From Selaginella moellendorffii (taxonomy: Eukaryota > Plantae > Lycopodiophyta): a stretch of DNA of 64,000 nt. Shown here one piece after another: positions 33,799 through 45,764 of this stretch. Where the stretch lies: the NCBI RefSeq assembly GCF_000143415.4, contig NW_003314299.1, positions 1,223,502-1,287,501 on the forward strand, written 5' to 3'. The translations under genes and the position numbers were made by a program. The notes beneath the pieces were generated by a model. It made no database searches, was not told where the DNA came from, and was given only the letters and a program-made list of their open reading frames with translations. How positions within the stretch are numbered: the stretch's first letter is position 1; each line of letters starts with the position of its first letter.

Positions 33799-34831
33799 AG
33801 GAAGAATTCCCGAAAAAAAAAAAAGGAAAGAGAAGATGATCCCCATCCACAACAGCCGGCAATCACACACTTCGCGCCACCACACCTCCTTTCACGTCTA
33901 AGAAGAAGCTGTACATTTGCTAAAAGGGTCACTATTGCTGCTGTTTAGAACAGGGTCAGTCTGTCCAGGTCTTGATCTCCTTTTCTTTCTGTTTAGGTGG
34001 GCTTTTCATGTACATATAGTTTGGAACTTGAAAACTCTTCTCTTTTTGAGTTCCAGCCAGGTCACTGCCACTCTGGCGGGGGATATGCTCCGACGTGGCG
34101 TGCCCTAACCTGAGTATGGAATATTTCTAAAATTATCTCCTTGGGAAGTTTCATACATATTGGATGATCCAATTGTGTTATACAGTTTTGACAGGGGAAA
34201 CTCACACACACACACACACACACCCACACATCAATCACATGTTGCTGTTAGAACTGTTGCACGAATCACAAGGCGGACCTGGGAAAAAGCATGCATTCTC
34301 CACCCTCTTTTTTTTCCTCTTGTCACTCACAAGGAGAGTGGTGCTTTTGTGCTTATATAAAGCTTTTCAGTGGCTACACTTGCTTAGCTAGGAACCCACT
34401 TTACTAAATCTCCTCTACAGTGCAATAAGTTTTTAAGATGGTAGTTTTAAGGGCTAATCTGATTTTTTTCTAAAAGCATTTTCTTTTCTCTACTCCTTCC
34501 TGGGAGAAAAAAAAGGGGGTCGAGGGGGGAGAAATGCCTTGTCATGCAAGGGAGCATATACCTTCTTGCATTTCCAAGGATATGCTGGGCCTGCTGTGCC
34601 CCCCTACCCCATTGTCTTTGCAATTTGAGGGCTCTCACTCACAGCCGGTTTTGGTGGTGTAGTTCTCTCTCTCTTCTTTTTTTTTCCTGGTTTGCCTGCT
34701 GGTTTGCCTGTTGCTTTGTGTGGGAGGAGCAGTGACTAAGTGAGCAGCTACCTAGCAGGAGCAAAAAAAAAAAAAGAAAGAGTCAAGAGGAGAAGAAAAG
34801 TGAGAGGAAAAATAACAGGAGGGCAGCAAAG

Positions 34832-36324
34832 ATGAGAATAAGGAAGCACCTGTCCGCTGTTCATCTTCCTGCAGTTGCCAATCCCATCTTGAGGTCGAAA
34901 ATCACTGCAGCGGCAAAGCCAGCAGCAGCAGCAGCGCCGGTGGTCACTGCAGCTCTAGCTCCTGGTAACTTTCCTGGATGCAAAGATGAGAAAGAAGAAG
35001 AAGAACAAGGAGAGAAATCCTTGCCTGGAAATCGAGGAGTGGTCCCGGCGAGAGCTCCAGCGCTTGTAGGGCTTGTAGCAGTCGAGGAGGAAGTCGGGGA
35101 TAAGGTAGCAGCAGCAGCAGCGGTAGCAGCGGTGGAAGGAAAAGGCCGGGGCTTGGTTGCCGAGGTTTGTAGCAGCATTCGGACGAGCAGCAAGAACCAA
35201 GACGAGGCCGCCGCTATGGTGCTGCTGCAGTCGAGCTCGTTGCAGCAGTTCCCGGATCTCTCGTTGCCCATGACTCCGGCGGTCTCGCTCCCCACCAGGC
35301 CAAAGAGGACAAAGCCCCGGAGCTGCAGTGCGGCTAGTCCCAGCTTTGTTTGTCCTCCGCCGCCTCCTCCTCCACCTCGTCCGGGCCTCGAGCAGCAGCA
35401 ACTCCAACTCGCCCCAGAGATGGCTTGCATGCAGCAGCAGCAACAGCAGCTCCTCCGAGATCACGGCGGCGGCGAGCTCGACGATGACGACTCAAGTCCC
35501 AAGTCAGTGAAGGTAACTTGTAGAGAAAAATTCTTTCCTTCTCCTGTGTCTGTGCCTCATGTCCCTGGAATGCCCCCGCGCTGATCCAATTCCTGGTATA
35601 CTTTCTTTCCTGAGTTTGCTGCTGCTCTAAGTTGCTTCTCCACCTAATTGTCGCCTGGAGCTCCACCAAACCATTCAACCCAATTCCTTCTTTCCCAAGC
35701 GAGCCATTGTTTGCTGACACCAATTCTTTTCTCTTTGCCTTTTCTCCATTTCTGTGGCCTGCAGGTAACTTCGGATCTTATCGACGTTTCATCGCCTCCG
35801 AGGTACGTTGTAACTTCTTCAGGTTCTTTTCGTTGCCGAGCTGATGGTCGCAATTGTAATTGCAGGGAAGCACCACCACTGCAGCAGGAAGCAGCAGCAG
35901 CAGCAGCGGTAGCAGGAGATACCGACACCGGTGAGTGGAAACGACTTTGCCTTTAGTTTTTGTCGATCGATATCCTGCTGAATTCTTCTTTTCTTTCACA
36001 GTGGTGGTTAGTGGAGCACTAATAGAGCAGAGAAGAAGTACCAGGAGGCCGAGGAGTAGAAGCGCTAGCTTGAGGAACCTACAAGAGCTGGAGGACGACG
36101 GAGAGGCGAACGAAGGTAGCCAGTGCCGGCGAATGGACGGCAAAGGATGGAGGTGCCACCGCACGACTCAGCCCGACTACTCGCTCTGCGACTATCACCT
36201 GGACAAATTCCGAGAAACCAATCAGCGAAAGCTTAGGAACGCAGCGACAGCTCAGGAAGCAACAAGGAGACGCAGCCGAGTGAAGAGGAAACCCGTGAAA
36301 GCTCGATCACTCATGTCGATCTGA
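34832..36324 (+). CDS. WRC zinc-finger domain protein (no QLQ seen), spliced
   Basis: CRRMDGKGWRC...SLCDYH WRC motif; N-terminal MRIRK; C-terminal VKARSLMSI. Confidence 0.82.
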
Positions 36325-36441
36325 GAGTCGAGAGAGTCATGACAAGGCATGACTTGGAAGTCACTCAAACAAAAAGCCTGAGGGAAAACAAGCACTCAAG
36401 CGGAAAGAGGAGCTTGGAGCAGTTTCACAGTACCCGGTTTT

Positions 36442-37505
36442 TCAGTGCTGGTTGCTCCTCCTCCGCTTCCGACACCTCATCTCCGCCTTGAGAGGCGTGC
36501 CTTTCCTCCTCTTGCTTGGTGCTGGATTCTGCATGTCGTTAGGATTGCAAGCGGACGCTACCATGGGCCTCCGTCTCAGCGCAGCTGTTCTGCATTCCCT
36601 CCTCAGGAACGTGCTCCATAAAATAAACCTCCCGCCAGCTTCTATGAAATAGGCGTTCTTTCGCATAGCTCTTGCAACTTGCACCGAAAGTGGGACGTCC
36701 TCGGGCTCAAAGAGTTTCAATAGCCCCTGCTGTAACACCTTCCTTCCTGCCTCACGGACTGTTAAGCCCGTATCTCCAGCTTCAGAGACCATTGTATAAA
36801 GCGCATGTGCAAGCGAGCTGGAGGTGGAGCTGTCTACAAAAAGCAAAGGACGGGTTTTGAGTTTGTTGAAGCATAGCGAGCCCGAAGCAACCAAAAGTAC
36901 CTTCTATGGTGGCGCTTGCATCCCGACTTTCTCCATTCCTGGAAAAGATGGAGCACACAAGTTAAGTTTGGTAGTCTGCACTGATTTCGACCCCGGGTCC
37001 GTACCTCCTTCGATCCTCGGCCTCCGCAATTTTATCCTGCAGCGGATAAGCGGAGCGTAAGGATTCGTTTGATCCTCGAGATTCGAAAGTACTTACGAGT
37101 AGACTTGCCTCGGTGGCGATTTGAGCCATTGGAAAACTTCGATTGCGTTGCTCTTCAAGTTCGAGAGGGCGTATGAGAAGGCGGGGGCTCCTACGTCTGT
37201 TGTCGCTTGACGAGGACCTTTCTACGCAGTGTTCAAGCTTACTGGACTTCTCGTCTGCCGGATCTTTATTCCGGCCCTCGTCCGAGTTCTTTGTCACAAC
37301 ACATTCATCTTTCCGCTGCCTACTATTCCCTCGCTCTTTGACGAGCGGACAAATTTGCATCTCGGGCCCATCACCTCCTTCCACTACCTGCAAAAGTTCG
37401 AAACAACCCTGTTGTGAGAAACCAAGAAAAAGTGTACCAGGAAACAGCTCTACACCTTACCTCTGCTTCTTTTTGCCTCAGCAGCGACGATAGCAGAGAG
37501 CCCAT
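36442..37505 (-). CDS. Second HARE-HTH-like protein (4 exons predicted; start uncertain)
   Basis: ALYTMVSEAGDTGLTVREAGRKVLQQGLL...VARAMRKNAYFIE.GGRFILWSTFL aligns with the 32034-32701 exon; same intron phases (0/2/1); basic NLS-like C-terminus. Confidence 0.65.
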
Positions 37506-37666
37506 TACCACAATTGCCCGTTCTGAGCAAAGAGAATGAACGAGAACGACTAGTCTGATAAGATAATCAGCAGCATTTGGGCATATAACTGTAAAGCTAA
37601 TGTATATGTCAATTCTTCTTGGCGCGCTCAAGGCAATAACCGTACTGGTACGACAGAAGAACCACT

Positions 37667-39253
37667 TCAAACCTTCGTCACGCGTTTGCGCACCGAATAC
37701 GTAGTCACGCCATCGTGGAAGCCCGTCTCCAGTTTTTGAAGCTTCACGAGTATCAGGAGGCATGCCTTCTGGATTTGCGGTTCTGCATAAGTTAAACCCA
37801 CGATCATCCAAATGAGAAGTGACGAGGCTTAAGCTTACCGTACGCCAGAGACAACAGATCATCTGGTTTCAGCGCTTTTACGTCATCTGTGGGCTTCCCA
37901 CATAGGCTGTCAGTCTTTAGGGAGAACAGATTGTTCAGCTTAGAAACAAACTCATTGAGTAGCTGAACAGAAAAGACCACTTCAAGATAATGCCAGCTGA
38001 AAACTAATAGCACATTACCTCTATGGAGACCTGCCACTTGAGCCACGATGGCGCAGCGTTAAATTCTTCAGAGGCCACAGGCTCCAGAAGGCCAGTACTC
38101 GACCCTGTACAAAAGATTAGAGAGGAAAAAATGTTGTTACGGAGAAACTAACGTACCGTTACAGTTAAGCGGCTGCTTATCGACAAGATCATCGGCAGAG
38201 CCGAGCTCAAGCTCTCGTAGGCTCCTTCAAAACAAAAGATATAAAATTGATCTCATTCGCAATGAACAGTAAAAAGTACCTAGAAGAACTGTTTCGAGAG
38301 ACTTGTTCTTTAGATGGTTCTGTTACTAAGTGGTGTACAGCCGAATCCGTGTCAACAATGTGAGCAGTATCTGCATCATGAACTGTATCAATGGTAGAAA
38401 CAAGAATCAAATACTTGACGATATACCTGCGTCAGGGACGGAGAGAGCAGCAAGACTGGACGCTGACAAACCGAGATCCTTCAAGCTAAGGGACTCCAGA
38501 TACCTGTACTCTAGTTAAGATCAACTTACAAAGAAGAGCCAGTCCTATTTTTTTTTGGTTTGGATACGAAGAACCAGTGTGATCACGCCTTTTGTCAAGC
38601 GTGGCAGACACTCCTTCTCTTTGGACCTCTAGATAAGCCTCCTTGATATCTTGCCTGGCTTTGGCTTCGTAGCTTTCTTCCGCAAGAGAGAAGTCATCAC
38701 CTTGAACAGTTACTTCTGTGACAGCCTGAGAAAAATTCAAGGCAACAAGTTGAAAACTCGTAGAAGACTAGGAAAATCTAAGCAATCGAGCAGCTCCTTC
38801 TGTCTATCAAAGCATACTCACAAGGAATAAAAAAACACCACAAGAACTCAAGAAGGCAAAAGAGAAAGCATACCTCTTGCGATTGCTTGTAGCCATGCCG
38901 TTCAAGCTCCATCTCTAGCAGGCGATTGGTGTCCTCGTTTTTCTTGTACACCTCGTTGCAATGGCCGAGTAGCTCGTGGAAAGAAATAGTGCCCATTGTC
39001 ACTGCCTTGAGAGTTTCTAGTCGAGCAGTCACCGATAGAACCCTGTCGTTGAGCTGATCCACAAACCTAGCAGCGGCTCCTGGACGAAGAAGAACCTAGA
39101 GAAAGCGTCCAGGAGAGATTGCTTACCAGATTCTTCCGGCGCTGTTACTCGGCCAATGCTGGTGTGCAGGCTTGTGCATTGCGTCTCCAGACGCGAGCAA
39201 AATCCCCGGAGCTCCGCGCAGAAAAACGAGACGAGGCGCGGGCAGTCATCCAT
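37667..39253 (-). CDS. SKA3: Spindle and kinetochore-associated protein 3 (SKA3)-like, multi-exon
   Basis: FCAELRGFCSRL, TISFHELLGHCNEVYKKN..GY, last exon KACLLILVKLQKL..TTYSV. Confidence 0.75.
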
Positions 39254-39299
39254 GGCTGGATCGCGAGAAATATTTTAAATCAAAACCCTAACCCTCTAA

Positions 39300-40440
39300 A
39301 ATGTTAAACCTAATATTCCAAAACTACTTGAGTTTTAGTAAAACCTAAAGTTTAAAACTTTACATTTTAAATAAAATTCTGTGAGAAATTTTTTTCCATT
39401 AAATTACAGTTTGTTAAAAAAAATATTAATCTAACATTTGCTTCAAAACTTTTAAAACCATTAAATAAATCTATGGCACTAATATTATTAATGCTAAATA
39501 ATATATTATTACATTAAAAATATTCATTAAAATACATTTTACATTTCAATCAATCATGCTAGTTCCACCAAAACCCTTTGGCATAAACTTTAATGTATGT
39601 TTTTTTACTCTATGGGAGAATATAAAATTTTAACATATATGTATATATTTAATAGTTATTAAAGATTAATTTATAATAAAGTTAAAGTGTTTTTGTTGAA
39701 CAACTTTAATATAATAAATATATTTTATTATGCTTCAACATTCTTTTACAATCATATTTAATAATAATCATTACGACTAAAATCTATAATAGTCTAAAAT
39801 ACATTTGTCTAAAATTTATATTATTTTATTACTATTATAATTTTAGTTAATTAATTTATATTATATTTTTTTTATTAGAGTTTGAAAGTGATGTCTACTA
39901 TCATATGTATTAAAAATGATCACTATTAACTTAAATAATAGGAATTTCTTAGGTTATAAAAATAATAAATTTAATTCAAAAAAATAGACATGATTCAAAT
40001 TTAGGAAAATAATGTATAAACTGCAATTTTCTAAAAGTTTATTTGAAAAATATTATATAGTATTTTCCATCAGAGTTTGAAAGTGATGTTATGAAGTTCT
40101 ATGCGCTCATAATGTTTAACATCATATGCATTAAAAATAATCACTAGTAACTTAAATAATATGAATTTTTGGATTGTAAAAATAATAAATTTAATTCAAA
40201 CAAATATACATAATTCAAATTTAAAAAAATATATATATAAACTACATAATAAATATTTAATTGAACAGTTATATGTTATTTAACTTACAAATTTGATATT
40301 GTCAATAAGTCACAAATCTTTAATGTATGATCTCCATGGAAAGCAGATCTTTTAAGCTGGCACTTCAAAGAATTACCAAATTCATTCTATTTGAGTTCTA
40401 ATATGCACATAAAATAATCTTCCTTTATCTTTTCATCATC
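39300..40440. other. Very AT-rich intergenic island with an internal diverged direct repeat (~39877-40025 and ~40072-40245)
   Basis: Abrupt change in base composition; agagtttgaaagtgatgt...aataataaatttaattcaaa occurs twice. Confidence 0.7.
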
Positions 40441-40498
40441 ATCACGGTTCTTCTCCCATCAGGTCTGCAATTCCATCATCCATTAATTCCAAATGCAA

Positions 40499-42613
40499 TC
40501 AAGCATCTAGAAGAACACTTACGGAAGTTCGATAAGGTATGCTTCTCAGCTTGGTGGCCGCAACCGATGGATCCAACGCCAGCCCAGCGGCAGTTGATCC
40601 TGTTAATCCTGCTTGCCTCTGGTAGAAGCTCGCAGCCGCAGCAGCAACATTCTGGATGTCTGTCCATGCGCCAGCGCCTTGAGCTCCCAGCAATCCCGCC
40701 ATGCCAAATGCTCCAGCGGCAGCCTACGCGTTCATCACAAGTTTAGCATAGGAAAAGTAAGAAAAAGACACTAGAACTGCTTAACAAAGTACCTGTTGCT
40801 GGAGAAGCAGAAGCTGCAAAGCCGGGTCAAGCTGGCCCATGCTAAACGGCAGTCCTCCTGTGGCCACGATCATTTCACTGCAACAGAGACAGAGAGAGTT
40901 CCAAAGAATACAACTTCGAAGAAGAAACACTTAAAAAAGTTTGAAACTTACCTCTTGGTGGCTCGGAAAAGCTCGATGTAGCGGGAGCCAATGTTGTTGC
41001 GGTGGCGTTCCATGGCCCGCTGTGCCTCCTTGGAAGAGATAAACTCCACAAACGCCTCCCCCGTCGGACGGTCTGTAGCTCCAATCACGACGTAGATTCC
41101 ATTTGGGACGATCCTGTAGCCTTGGAAAAACTCCGTAATCTCTCTGGGTCCGGAATTGTATGGAAGACCCCGCATCTTAATGCACACGTCCTCCGAAATG
41201 TCTCCTATAGCTCCAGGCCCCGGCGATTGTACTGCTCCTAAGTTTAAAGCCCCTACTCCTTGCATTCCATATCCTCCCAACATACCAGGAATCTAAGACC
41301 ACAGAAAAATTAGTTTTTTCTTTCAGAAAAACAAGACTCAACTTACTTGGCCGAGAGATCCAACTGGTGACATGTTACCAACACCAGCGAACCACAGCTT
41401 TTGTTGAACTGAAGTCATCATCTCCCCTTTTGTACTTTTGAAAAGCTCCACATAACGCTGAAATGGACACGAAGGCGTCAAAAGGCGATAAGGAAAAACG
41501 TAAAACGATAACCGGAAAACAAACTTACCGAGCCCATCGGCTCTCTGTGGAGCTGCATCGCTCGAGCGGCTGTTTCTTCGTTAATAAACTCCACAAATGC
41601 CTGTAGTGGCCAGATTTGAAGAGAAAAAACTGAGAGCCATTAAACGGTAGGTCCAAAAAGGCTCACTTCACCAGTTGGTCGGCCATCAGCATGTGTACAC
41701 AGGAAAATCCCATCCGGAGCAACTTGCATTCCCTTAAAGAAGGCCATGATATCGGCCGATGTGCAGCTGAAACCAGCAAGAATAAACGTGAGGACAAGCA
41801 GGGAGAATTGTTACTGCTCAACTCACCTGTAAGGCATTCCTCTCATGCGCACAACCCCCGTGAAACGCATGTCGGGATTACCAGCCATGCCAGGAATCCC
41901 AGTCCCTTGCAAGCCTGCCGCTCCATAGGCGCCGGAACTCCCTCGGCCGGCCATTCTCATAGCTCCCTGTTGAAACAAACATTAGCTAAGAATTCGCCAT
42001 TTCGAGAGCAAAAAACCTGCATGTCTGCTGGATGGCCCTTGAAAACTTCTATGTAGCGGCTTCCAATGTGTTGCCTGCGTCAAAGATCTTATTTGATATC
42101 GGGGTGACACAAATCACAAACCTGTTTCTTTCGAGGGATTTATTAGCCAGCTCAGCGGTTGCAAACTGGACATAAGCTTGGCCAGTGGACCTCCCTGAGA
42201 AACCAAAACTTAGCAAACAAACAAAGCAAGCTTGGGTGTTTGTTACCTTGAAAGTTGACACAGATAACGATTCCATCAGGCCCGAGGTCCAGACCCCGAA
42301 AAAACTCTTTAATATCAACCTCCGTGGCACTGAAAGGAAGTCCCCGGAGTCGAACAACATTGCTTCGCTTCCTGACACACGCAAGTTTCACGGGTGAGGC
42401 CTCAGAGTGTTTGTTTACCGGAGAAAGTAAAAACAAAGTTAAAAATCTCCTCCATTTCCCGGTTCCACGATCATAAGTTCTTTGAGCAGAAAGAGCAAGC
42501 AAAGAGCTCAGTAGTAGCAGCAGCGCAAGTAGCAGTGGAGCAATCAACACAAGTAGCACTCACAATTCATCATCGAGAGCACTTCCTCCCACCAGCCCTC
42601 CTAATCCCGCCAT
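40499..42613 (-). CDS. hnRNP F/H/ESRP-like RNA-binding protein with three quasi-RRMs (5' structure uncertain)
   Basis: VVRLRGLPFSA, VVRMRGMPYS and IKMRGLPYNS, each followed by G(E/Q)A(F/Y)V(E/Q)F and GxRY(I/V)E(L/V)F. Confidence 0.85.
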
Positions 42614-43952
42614 GGTCCAAATCCAAACCAATGTGCTGCAGTTAAATGCATGTCAAGAGAGAGGCAGCAGCATCACCCAGGAATTCTTCTTTCGGGAGCC
42701 CAGGCCCATAGTTCTTCCTTAACTTCTTACGTAAAGAACGAAAGAGAGAAAATAAAATAAAATAAAGGAGCGAGAGAGACAAAAAGAAAGAGATGGGAAA
42801 AACAATCGAAAGAAAGAAATATGCCAGGAAAAAAATTCAAGCAATCTCAAAGTAACCTTCAATCGATCGATCGCCCGCGCTCGTCGCCCAGGGCGCACAG
42901 CGAGAGAGAAATCCCTGGAGCAGCAGCAATGAGAAAACGCGGGGATGGAAAAACCCTAACCGCAAAATTCGCCGCAGGGAGGAGATTCTAGCGACGCAAT
43001 GCGGCAGCGCCGGCGATCCGATCGATCCAGCTCGAGCTCGGCGCTGGAAACTCACACTGGCGCGCGGCGCTGGCGGCGACGATCATCCTCCAAATCCCCC
43101 GGACGGGAAGAAAATACCACCGAAGAATATTCTCGGACAATGTCGGGACTCGCCACGTGGACGAGAACCCCAGATATAGTCTCCTTTAGGGTTTCGCAAT
43201 AACGAGAAATAGTGCCACGTGGGTGAAATGTGTACGTCCGTTGCGCAGATGCTATTTTGCCCGCGTGGCGGGGGTCATAACTCAAATTTCATCTCTCTTC
43301 TTCAATTTGACCTCTCCCTCGGTATTGACTACAGTAAGAATGCGGCAACACAAAACGCCATAGCCAAACCATCACAGGCAACAAACCCTTGTTTCTTCCT
43401 CTTTCTTTCGCGTTTCCTAGGAGGACGGCGGCGGCGCGGCGAGCTCGGGGAGCTCGAGCAGGCATCAAATCGATTGGCACTCGTCGGCAGGAGCTCTCGC
43501 GGCAGCAACGGCGGCGCCGCCGCCTTAACGGCGCCGCTGCATTCATCGGCTCTCCAATCCGGCCGGCGCTCCCGGCTCTGGATCGCGGCATTAGGTGCGG
43601 CGGCGAGGCGTCACAGATGGTACGCTTGGAGCTAGGGTGAGATTTTTGCCGCTTTCGCCATTGCTCGCGGCAGGACGGGGCATGCGGTAGAGCGCGTCAT
43701 TGCACCGGCCGGTGCGGTGGGTTCTTTTCCAGAAGGTGAGCTATTCTCCTTTCTTCTTGCTTTTCTCGTTGATTGCGCTATGGCGCACTTTTGGGGGTTT
43801 TGGAGAATCGATTGCATTTGCGGCATTCATTGTGTGAGTTTTTTGTGAGATCGTGATGCAAGGTTGGAGTCCTTTGCTTGCTTGTTGCATTCCATTTTTG
43901 CTGTTGTTGCTGTTCTAAATCCTGTTTTTTTTTCTCTTTTGTTCTTGTAGGT

Positions 43953-45382
43953 ATGTTTAAGAATCAGCTCCAAGAGCTTGCTCAGAGGAGCTGCTTCAAT
44001 CTTCCTGCGTATTCGTGTATAAGAGAGGGCCCCGACCATGCCCCTCGATTTAAGGCCACTGTGAATTTCAACGGGGAGGTTTTTGAGAGCCCAACATACT
44101 TCAGCACACTGCGGCATGCCGAGCATGCTGCTGCTGAGGTTGCTCTCAATACTCTATCTCGGCGAGGGCCTCCACAATCGTTGGCTGCGAGGATTCTGGT
44201 AAAAGAATGATTTTGTCTGTGTTGTGAGATCTTAATACTATTTGTGCTTTTGTTTTTTAGGATGAGACTGGAGTATACAAGAATCTCCTGCAAGAGACTG
44301 CCCAGAGGGCTGGTGTTCCATTGCCTATTTACACCACGGTGCGCTCGGGGCCCGGGCACTTGCCGGTTTTTACTTGCACAGTGGGGGTAGGGGGTATGAT
44401 TTTTACTGGAGAAGCTGCGAAAACGAAAAAGCAAGCAGAGAAGAACGCGGCCATGACCGCATGGAGCTCTCTCAAACAATGTAAGTTCTTTGATGTCGAG
44501 AACGCGTGTTTGATGATTGAGAGTTTGTTTTTCACAGACGCGAAGCAAGGTGGAACGTCAGCAACTTTATTGGAGTCGGAAGTGACCGAAGAACAGGAGC
44601 AGAATTTTGTAGCGCGTGCATTAGCTAGAGCTCACGGCAAAGACGAGAGGAGCGTGCTGCTCGCCCAGCAGTCGACGCCATCGAGGACGAGATTGCTACC
44701 GGGAGGTGGTCACAGCGGGCAGTATCATCCCGGGAGTTGGCTCCTCGACGCCAACTCGGAGACGTCCCAGTCTCACAGGTTTATGCACAGCTCTCAACAC
44801 CACAGCAACGGCATGGTTCTTGGGAATGGTCACTCGTACCGCTCCTTACCGCGACGAATGCCACCAGGGGCAGGGACTTCTCGTGACGTTCCTGGCATCG
44901 TTCCCAGCCGGAGCATGGCAGGAAACATGCCAAGGGTGATCCCAACGCAGCTGCGAAGCATTCCTACGGTCATTCGCAGGGACAGACATGACATAAGTGT
45001 GCCTCTGGAAGAGCACCAGAGGGACGAGGACGAATGGCTTAGAGGTGGCAGCAGCGAAAGCAAACAGGATGATCGCAGGGAGCTTAGAGACTCGGAGGCG
45101 AGCAGCTCCAGCTTCAGCTCAATGTGGTCGAATCCATCGTCGTCTCACTCTCGTTCGCCGTGGTGGGGGATGTCTTCTCCGGCTTCTTCAGGATTCGACG
45201 GCATGCCGGGGCCGCCTTACCGTGCCGGCTATGGAATGGCTCAGCCTGTGAGGATTCGCTCGGTGGTGGCTGTGAGTGCCGCGCCGCCTCCTCGGCGTCC
45301 CGAGCCGCGAGTCGAGAACGAGAGTGATTCCAACGATGGTGAAGCGGCTACTCGTCAAGTGCTGAGCCAGCTGAGTTTGTGA
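43953..45382 (+). CDS. DRB2: Double-stranded RNA-binding protein, DRB2/3/5 type
   Basis: MFKNQLQELAQRSCFNLPAYSCIREGPDHAPRFKA; second dsRBM DETGVYKNLLQETAQRAG. Confidence 0.92.
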
Positions 45383-45764
45383 GATGGACAAAGGCAACGA
45401 AGATGGCGATCGATCGATCAATGCGACGAAGACGAAGGAGACCAAAGAAGCAGTGGAAGAGGAGGAAGAACAGAGGAACTCTGGGATTGAGGAAGAGGAT
45501 CAAAGAGGCTGGAAGGACGAACGAAGCTATATCTTAAACGAGGACGACTTGGATGGAGAATGAGGTTGGTGTTTTTGTCTTCTTTTTTTCTCTTTTTTTT
45601 TTCCTTGATTTGCATTCATTATATAAATTATGGGAAAATTTTCAAAGGCCTTGCGCTAGGGCAATTAAAAACGTTTCTAGGGTTTTTGGAAGCGCTCTCG
45701 CTCACGACGATCGCCGGTGTCTCGCGGCTCGCTCCCTGCGCTGCGCTGCGCTGCCAATCGCGCC

